In this document: in pieces, positions 57,446-64,000 of the stretch
How positions within the stretch are numbered: position 1 is the first letter of the stretch
Layout of the letters: every line of letters begins with the position of its first letter
Assembly (NCBI GenBank): GCA_013332095.1
Contig: JABENI010000010.1
Span: forward strand, 14,175 to 78,174
Direction: 5' to 3'
Length of the DNA: 64,000 nucleotides
Origin: Candidatus Bathyoplasma sp. NZ
GTDB taxonomy: Bacteria > Bacillota_I > Bacilli_A > MAG-NZ
Notes under the pieces: generated by a model
Database searches by the model: none
What the model saw: the letters and a program-made list of their open reading frames with translations, nothing else
Told to the model about the DNA's origin: nothing
Made by a program: the position numbers and the translations under genes

Positions 57446-58769
57446 TATTAAAAGTGTGGCGATTTTAGCAGGTGGAGAAAGTAAAAGAATGCCTTTTAAT
57501 AAAGAATTTTTGAAAGAGGATGATCAATTTTTAATCCATAAAAAAATTAAGGAATTGAATAAATATTTTGAAGAAGTAATAGTTGTGACTAATAACCCAA
57601 AATTTTATAAAAACTTAAATTGTCTAACTTTAACAGATCAACATAAATTTAAAGGTCCGACTGAAGGATTAAGAGTAGCCTTAGAAAATTGTCAAAGTGA
57701 TTATTTATATTTACTGGCTGCTGACATGCCTAATTTCAGTGTAGAATATTTTAAATATATCAATAATTTAAGTGAAAAATATCAAATTTATGCTAGTATA
57801 AACAACGGTTATATCGAGCCTTTTCATGGCGTTTATCATAAAGATTGTTTAAAGTATTTTCATTCAGATTATCTAGATAGAATAACTAGTCTGTATCGAT
57901 TGATTAATTTAGGGAAAAGTTATCTGATTGATTTAGATCTTTTACCAAAAATTAAAAATGCTGATTTATTTTATAACATCAATCAAATAACTGATTTAAT
58001 CGATGTGAAAAATTATCAAAAAGTTGAAATTACTAAATTAGTCGGTGAAGTAGAAGTTAAAACTAGTGATTTAGTGGTAGAAAAATATCCCCTAACTATT
58101 TATTTAAACGACCAAAAATTATTGACTATTTTAACTATTCCTACTGATTTAGCAGATTTAGTAGTTGGTTACTTAAAAAGTATGGGCATTATTAACAATA
58201 TCGATGAAATAAAAAATATTGAATTTAAAGATAATCTAGTATACGTTAAAAGTGATAGTAATTTTGTCGGAGCATCAAAAGAAAAAATATTGTTTTCAGG
58301 ATGTGGTACGGGGACTGAATTCCATGAAAAATTGGATCAACTGAGTATTGAGATGTTAGATGATTCTGTGATAACAACAAAAGAGATTATTTTAAAATTA
58401 ACGAAAAAATTAATTGATGAAAGTGATTTGTTTAAGGCAACTGGTGGAGTGCATGGTGCCGTTTATCAAGTCGGAGATATTGAAATTTTTAAAGAAGACA
58501 TCGGTAGACACAACGCTGTTGATAAAATTATCGGAAATATTTTAAACAATAATTTTAGTGTTGATGGAGTGTTGTTGATAAGTGGACGAATATCGAGTGA
58601 AATGATTTTAAAATGCATTTTTACGAAAATTAAAATTATTGTCTCTAAAAGTGCACCGACATCACTAGCGATTAAATTAGCAGAAAAATATGGAGTAACT
58701 TTAATAGGATTTGCTAGAAAAAATAAAATGAATATCTATGCAAATCAGTTTAGAATAAAAAAAAGATGA
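57438..58769 (+). CDS. MobA-like molybdenum cofactor guanylyltransferase fused to FdhD sulfurtransferase
   Basis: N-terminal AILAGGESKRMP...GPTEGL...LAADMP (MobA). C-terminal PLTIYLND...DLVVGYLKSMGII, TGGVHGA, DIGRHNAVDK, SGRISSEM (FdhD). Confidence 0.75.
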   Translation: MLNIKSVAILAGGESKRMPFNKEFLKEDDQFLIHKKIKELNKYFEEVIVVTNNPKFYKNLNCLTLTDQHKFKGPTEGLRVALENCQSDYLYLLAADMPNFSVEYFKYINNLSEKYQIYASINNGYIEPFHGVYHKDCLKYFHSDYLDRITSLYRLINLGKSYLIDLDLLPKIKNADLFYNINQITDLIDVKNYQKVEITKLVGEVEVKTSDLVVEKYPLTIYLNDQKLLTILTIPTDLADLVVGYLKSMGIINNIDEIKNIEFKDNLVYVKSDSNFVGASKEKILFSGCGTGTEFHEKLDQLSIEMLDDSVITTKEIILKLTKKLIDESDLFKATGGVHGAVYQVGDIEIFKEDIGRHNAVDKIIGNILNNNFSVDGVLLISGRISSEMILKCIFTKIKIIVSKSAPTSLAIKLAEKYGVTLIGFARKNKMNIYANQFRIKKR

Positions 58770-58785
58770 ATAAGACGAATCGAGA

Positions 58786-58985
58786 CACTGTTAACGGACA
58801 TAAAAAAATCCGTTAACTTTTTTTATGCTTATATAATATATTCAAAAAAATGATTTTATCTGTAGGGGCAAGGATGGTAAAAATAAATCTTGAAGTAAAA
58901 AAAATTAAAAATTGTAATGAAATATATGAATCTGGAAAACTCTCAAAAAGCAATAACTAAATGAGCAGCATAGCACAGGGGATGT
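58786..58985 (+). repeat. Terminator-containing repeat, copy 3
   Basis: GTTAACGGA-loop-TCCGTTAAC (58790-58824) plus a homologous downstream segment. Confidence 0.7.
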
Positions 58986-59552
58986 TATATTCTTGGATTA
59001 AAAAATATTATGGAGGTATCTCCCAAATTCTTCAATAATACAAGAAAACTGATAATTTATTCGGGGTCTTACATTTTTTTTAAAATTTCCAAAATTAACA
59101 AGTTCAATTCAGATAAAAAAATTATTGATAGAGATGAGAGAAAAATTACAGATAGAGCCAATAAAATGATTGTATATTACTAAAGACAATAACAGATAAC
59201 ATTCGGACATATTATAAGGAGAAGTAAAACTGTTTAAAAAGACTAGTAGAATTTGCGAATAGAACTCAATAAAAAATAGAAATATGTTAAAAAATAGTTA
59301 AAATTAAAATAGGCAAGTCTAATTGTAATTGATATATTGAAATTAAAAAAATTAGTTTAGGGAGAAAAAATAATATTAGAAATTGGAGGAGATGAAAGTG
59401 AAAATTAGTAGTTGTACGATGGTAGTAGAAAGCAACTAACTAATAATATTAGAATTTAAAATACTAACTAATTAACTAAAAAAACTAAAAAATAGCAAAT
59501 TTTTCCATATTATGATATCATTAAGTGAAACAAACAATAAGGAGGAAGTAGA

Positions 59553-62500
59553 ATGGAAGAAATAAGAAAAGTTTTAAAAAAAACATGCTATTTATTAATG
59601 ATAGTAACATTAACAATAGTAGCGCTCGTATCACCAAGATTTATAGAAAAGGAGGTAAATGCAGCAATTACTACTAGTGGATATAGTAATACTAAACACT
59701 ATAGGGTAAAAATAGATAGCGGAGCAATAAAAGAAGTTTTTGTCAATGAAACCAGTGTATATAAGACATCACAACCAAGGGAACATTATAACCCATATAT
59801 ATCTTTACAAGTAGTGGGGGCTAATACAGTAAGAGTATTGAGTGATTCTGGAGAAACAAGTATTAAAACTGTAATATGGGATGAAACAGCACCAGTAATA
59901 GAAGAAGTATCAGATGAATTAGTAAATGCAGAAGATATTGCAACTTGGAAAGCACCAATAGCAACAGTAACAGATAATATGGAGCCGAATTTTACAGTTC
60001 ATGGAAAATACTATAAAGCAGATGAAACGTTTATAGGTTACGCGAATGCCAGCACATATAATCAAGCAAGAACAGAATTAAGAGATGGAAGAGATGTAGT
60101 AGTAAAATATAGTGCAAGTGATTATGCAGGTAATGAGGCACCAGAAGTAATTGCAACATTTGCAACAGATGATAATATCTCACCAAAAATAATGCCAGTA
60201 GCAGGAAGTTTATTATATACAGAAAATGCTTTAACTTGGACAGCACCAACAGCAACAGCAAGGGATAATATAGATGGAGATATAAGTGATAGAGTAGATA
60301 TAACATACTTCAACGTAGACAGAACAATCGAATTAGCAGGTTTAGATGCAGCAAGGATAGAATTAGAAGCAGGAAGATATGTGGTAGTAAAATATAGTGT
60401 AACTGATAAGGCAGGAAATGTAGCAAAAGAAATAAGTGCAAAATTTACAACAGATGATAATATCCCACCAGAAATATTAGCAGTATCAGTAGGTTCAATA
60501 TATACAGAATATGCTTCAGTTTGGACAGCAGTAGCAATAGCAAATGATGATATAGATGGAGATATAAGTGATGATATAGTAGTAACATACTTTAAAGCAG
60601 ATGGAACATGGATAAATTTATCTACAGCAAGAACAGAATTATATGGAGGAAGAAGTGTCGTAGCAAAATATAATGTAAGTGATGAAGCAGGAAATGCGGC
60701 AGATGAAGCAAGTACAACATTTACAGCAATAGATAATACAAAACCAAAAATAGAATTTGAAGGAATTAAATTTGAAAATTATGCACATTTAGAAATAGAT
60801 GATGTTTCAAGTTGGACACCGCCAACAGCAACAGCAACAGATAATGTAGATGGAGAATTAACTGTGGATATAACATATAAAATACGTATGATAAGTATAG
60901 ATTCAGAAGAAGTAAAAAGAAAATTGACAGCAGGGGATTACATATTTGTAAACTATACTGCAAGTGATGCAGCAGGAAATGAATTCGAGAAATATATGTA
61001 TTTTAGGTCAGAGACTATCAAACCAGTAATAGAACCAGTAGAAGGAGCAGTAATAAATGAAGAAGTTGCAGAGTGGGAAGCACCAGCAACGACAGCACAA
61101 GATAATATGATGGGAGACATAACTCATAGGATACATGTAACGTATTATGATGCAGATGGACCTTATGATGCAGATGGAAAATTTAGATATTATGGTATAA
61201 ATTTAGAGATAGCAAGAACAGAATTAGCAGCAGGAAGAGAGGTAGTCGTAAGATATTATGTATATGATAATGCAGATAATTTAACAGAAACAACTGCAAC
61301 ATTTACAATAGCTGATAATACCCCACCAGAAATAGAGGCAGTAACAGATGGAGAGATAAGTATAGCTGTTGTTTCAAACTGGACAGCCCCAATACCAACA
61401 GTAACAGATAATATATCCATAGGATTAATAGCAACAGCGACGTACTTTGAAGCAAATGGAACAACTAAATTAGCAGATTTAGAAGCAGCAAGAGCAGAAT
61501 TAACAGCAGAAAGAGATGTAGTAGTAAAATATAATGCAAGTGATAAAGCAAACAAGAAAGCAGAAGAAGTAAGTGCAACATTTACACTAAATGCAGCACC
61601 AGGAGATAATACCGCACCAGTAATAGAACAAGTAGCAGGAAGTTCAGTGTTTACATCAGAACCTTACGTATGGAGTACATTAACAACAAGTGCTTCAAGA
61701 TGGACAGCCCCAACAACAACAGCAAATGATAATATAGATGGAGATATAAGTGATTATATAGTATTAACATACTTTAAAGCAGATGGAACAACTTCAATAG
61801 ATCTGACAGTAGCAAGAACAGAATTATATGGAGGAAGAAATGTAGTAGTAAAATACAATGTGAAAGACGTAGCAGGAAATGCAGCAACAGAAGTAAGTGC
61901 AACATTTACAGCAATAGATAAGACAAGACCAACAATGGTAGTAGAAGGATATGAAAAAGAATTTATAATATTAGAAATAGAAGATATTTCAAGTTGGAAA
62001 GTACCAACAGCAACAGCAACAGATAATGTAGATGAAGGATTAGCTACGACAATAGAATATCGGGATTACAATAATAAGCAGTTTTGCTACCAATATTACT
62101 GCAAAGAGATAATAGCAAGAGCAGAATTAGCAGCAGGAAGAGGTGTTAGGGTAAGATATGCAGCATATGATGGAGCAGGTAATGGTATAATAAAAACTAT
62201 ATTTGTTAAGTCAAATAATGTAGTACTACCAGTAATAGAACCAGTAGAAGGAGCAGTAATAGAAGATGTTGCAGAGTGGACAGCACCACCAACAACAGCA
62301 CATGACAATTTGGAGGGCGACATAACCGATAGAATAGAGGTAGCATACTTTAAAGCAGATGGAACAACTTTATTAGTATACTCAAATAGTTCAACAGAAG
62401 AAAAACTAAATGCAGCAAGAACAGAATTAGCAGCAGGAAGAGATGTAGTAGTAAGATATAATGTAAATTATGCAGTACAAATATTTGCAAGATTTACAAC

Positions 62501-64000
62501 AAGAGAGGATATTACCTCACCAGAAATAATGCCAGTAGCAGGAGATTCAATAAATACAGAATATGCTTCAGTTTGGACGGCACCAAATGCAACAGCAATT
62601 GATGATATAGATGGTGATATAAGTGATGATATAGAAGTAACATATTACAAAGAAGATGGAATTATTTTAATAAATCTAACAGATGCCAGAACAGAATTAG
62701 GAGCAGCAAGAGATGTAATAGTAAAATATAATGTAAATGATGCAGCAGAAAATTCAGCAACAGAAGTAAGTGCAACATTTACACTAAATAATACAGCACC
62801 AGTAATAGCACAAGTACCAGGAGCAGTATTAAAAATGGAAGATGTTTCAACTTGGACAGCACCATCAACAACAGCAAATGATGATATAGATGGAGACATG
62901 ACATATAAGATATGGGTGAGTTATTATAAAGCAGATGGAAGAGCTGGGGTAAAATTAGATGAAGCAAAAACAGAATTAACAGCAGGACGAGATGTAGTAG
63001 TAAAATATCAGATAACTGATAATGCAAGAAATACAGCAGAAGTCAGTGCAACATTTACAGTAGATATTACCCCACCAGAAATAAAGGTAGTAATAGATGA
63101 AATGATAAGCATAGATGAATATCCAGAATGGAAAGCACCAGATGCAACAGTAACAGATAATATAGATACTGATTTCATAATTGAAGGACAATATTATAAA
63201 GCAGATGGAATTACTTTAATAAATCTTGCAACAGCAAGAACAGAGTTAGCAGTAGGAAGAGATGTAGTAATAAAATATAATGTAACTGATAATGCAGGTA
63301 ATGAGGCAGTAGAAGTAAGTGCAACAGTTACACTAGATCATATATTACCAAAATTATCAACAGTAACAATTGAAAGTGATAATAAAAATAATACATCATT
63401 TGCCAAATTAGGAAATACAATTACAGTAAATATAACAGCTAGTGAGAACATCCAAACACCAACAGTAACAATAGCAGGACAGTCAATAATACCAACAGGA
63501 AGTGGGATGAATTATACTGCAACTTATACAGTGGTAGCAGGAACTCCAGAAGGAGTAGCAGGAATTAACATAATATATGCTGATTTAGCAGGGAACGTTG
63601 GTACTTTAGTAACAGCAACGTTAGATTTAACTACAGTAACAGTAGATAAAACTGCCCCAATAATAAATACAGTACTAGGAGTAGCAATAAATACAGAAGA
63701 TGCTGCAACTTGGACAGCACCAACAGCAATAGTAACAGATAATATAGATCCAAATTTTACAATTGAAGGACAATACTATAAAGCAGATGGAACAACTTCA
63801 TTAGCAGATCTAACAGCAGCAAGAACAGAGTTAGCAGTAGGAAGAGATGTAGTAGTAAAATATAATGCAACTGATAATGTAGGTAATGAGGCAACAGAAG
63901 CAAGTGAAACATTTACAGCAACAGATAATACAGAACCAGTAATAGAACCAGTAGATGGAGCAACAATGAATACAGAAGATGTTTCAAGTTGGACAGAACC
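59553..64000 (+). CDS. Giant secreted/surface repeat protein (more than 1480 aa in window; 3' end beyond window)
   Basis: AGGAGG RBS and ATG at 59553. It is absent from the ORF track only because no stop lies in the window. All 14 W-[TKE]-[AP]-P motifs checked fall in the same frame. Signal/anchor MEEIRKVLKKTCYLLMIVTLTIVAL...VNAA. Confidence 0.85.
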   Translation, partial: MEEIRKVLKKTCYLLMIVTLTIVALVSPRFIEKEVNAAITTSGYSNTKHYRVKIDSGAIKEVFVNETSVYKTSQPREHYNPYISLQVVGANTVRVLSDSGETSIKTVIWDETAPVIEEVSDELVNAEDIATWKAPIATVTDNMEPNFTVHGKYYKADETFIGYANASTYNQARTELRDGRDVVVKYSASDYAGNEAPEVIATFATDDNISPKIMPVAGSLLYTENALTWTAPTATARDNIDGDISDRVDITYFNVDRTIELAGLDAARIELEAGRYVVVKYSVTDKAGNVAKEISAKFTTDDNIPPEILAVSVGSIYTEYASVWTAVAIANDDIDGDISDDIVVTYFKADGTWINLSTARTELYGGRSVVAKYNVSDEAGNAADEASTTFTAIDNTKPKIEFEGIKFENYAHLEIDDVSSWTPPTATATDNVDGELTVDITYKIRMISIDSEEVKRKLTAGDYIFVNYTASDAAGNEFEKYMYFRSETIKPVIEPVEGAVINEEVAEWEAPATTAQDNMMGDITHRIHVTYYDADGPYDADGKFRYYGINLEIARTELAAGREVVVRYYVYDNADNLTETTATFTIADNTPPEIEAVTDGEISIAVVSNWTAPIPTVTDNISIGLIATATYFEANGTTKLADLEAARAELTAERDVVVKYNASDKANKKAEEVSATFTLNAAPGDNTAPVIEQVAGSSVFTSEPYVWSTLTTSASRWTAPTTTANDNIDGDISDYIVLTYFKADGTTSIDLTVARTELYGGRNVVVKYNVKDVAGNAATEVSATFTAIDKTRPTMVVEGYEKEFIILEIEDISSWKVPTATATDNVDEGLATTIEYRDYNNKQFCYQYYCKEIIARAELAAGRGVRVRYAAYDGAGNGIIKTIFVKSNNVVLPVIEPVEGAVIEDVAEWTAPPTTAHDNLEGDITDRIEVAYFKADGTTLLVYSNSSTEEKLNAARTELAAGRDVVVRYNVNYAVQIFARFTTREDITSPEIMPVAGDSINTEYASVWTAPNATAIDDIDGDISDDIEVTYYKEDGIILINLTDARTELGAARDVIVKYNVNDAAENSATEVSATFTLNNTAPVIAQVPGAVLKMEDVSTWTAPSTTANDDIDGDMTYKIWVSYYKADGRAGVKLDEAKTELTAGRDVVVKYQITDNARNTAEVSATFTVDITPPEIKVVIDEMISIDEYPEWKAPDATVTDNIDTDFIIEGQYYKADGITLINLATARTELAVGRDVVIKYNVTDNAGNEAVEVSATVTLDHILPKLSTVTIESDNKNNTSFAKLGNTITVNITASENIQTPTVTIAGQSIIPTGSGMNYTATYTVVAGTPEGVAGINIIYADLAGNVGTLVTATLDLTTVTVDKTAPIINTVLGVAINTEDAATWTAPTAIVTDNIDPNFTIEGQYYKADGTTSLADLTAARTELAVGRDVVVKYNATDNVGNEATEASETFTATDNTEPVIEPVDGATMNTEDVSSWTE
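59900..64000 (+). repeat. In-frame tandem coding repeats, period about 285-320 nt (13-14 units)
   Basis: Recurring W(T/K)AP.AT..DN.DGDI....(Y/F)(F/Y)KADG...L..ARTEL..GR.VVVKYN..D.AGN.A.E.SATFT units, with TGG anchors at 59946, 60237, 60522, 60813, 61074, 61380, 61701, 61995, 62277, 62574, 62853, 63129, 63711 and 63990. Confidence 0.85.

Noticed and set aside
60031-63191. Multiple 60-100-aa ORFs on the minus strand (for example 60031-60306, 61256-61555, 62645-62899)
   Set aside because: They are antisense shadows of the long + strand repeat protein. Their products are low-complexity (L/Y/H or A/S/V rich), they lack an RBS, and they overlap each other.
59900-64000. Regularly spaced repeats that could suggest a CRISPR-like array
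   Set aside because: The period is about 290 nt. The units are diverged, in frame, and translate into a protein domain. No short identical direct repeats with unique spacers occur anywhere in the window.
1-64000. tRNA, rRNA or other structured RNA genes
   Set aside because: No tRNA-like T-arm/acceptor patterns or rRNA-like conserved blocks were seen by eye. This cannot be excluded without tRNAscan or Infernal.

Overview
AT-rich (roughly 70% A+T by eye, not computed) chromosomal segment from a Bacillota-type, probably spore-forming bacterium. It uses the standard genetic code: TGA ends conserved genes such as dpaA, potB and comEB at the expected lengths. Nearly all genes are on the + strand; only recU (partial), rarA and rnhC are on the - strand. 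The backbone is housekeeping DNA in Bacillus-like order. It runs ylxY-like deacetylase, dpaA, aspartokinase, RNase J, a SpoIIIE/FtsK-like gene, rarA, ktrA, rph-rdgB-ysnB and potABCD. It continues with a yaaH-like spore glycosidase, two ABC-F ATPases, comEB, ylbL/sepM, lspA-rluD and rnhC. It ends with mutS2, trxA, truB-ribF-rpsO, topB, tig and a Nudix hydrolase. No rRNA, tRNA, CRISPR array, transposase or integrase was recognised. Three regions are not ordinary backbone. (1) 4.5-10.3 kb holds two tandem paralogous lipoprotein genes and a 1225-aa membrane-inserted P-loop NTPase (YobI/KAP type), lying between RNase J and a catalytically degenerate SpoIIIE/FtsK-like gene. (2) 30.9-38.9 kb, between rluD and rnhC, is a duplication-rich island. 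It has a second, nonsense-interrupted copy of the ylbL-membrane protein pair followed by a decayed rluD 3' end. It also has an orphan proteasome-type Ntn hydrolase gene and a second copy of that gene split by about 5 kb. The inserted 5 kb carries an array of paralogous ~80-aa membrane protein genes and a LanFEG-like ABC transporter. (3) 49.3-64 kb is a segmental duplication with reciprocal gene decay, covering a stand-alone LytTR regulator, a membrane-anchored beta-propeller protein and an MFS transporter. It also contains a three-copy terminator-containing repeat, a formate dehydrogenase relic with an intact MobA-FdhD fusion, and two secreted proteins sharing an N-terminal module. One of these is a giant protein (>1480 aa, runs off the window) made of ~95-aa HYR/Ig-like repeats. 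All calls rest on motif and pattern recognition in the supplied translations and on by-eye nucleotide alignment; no searches were run.
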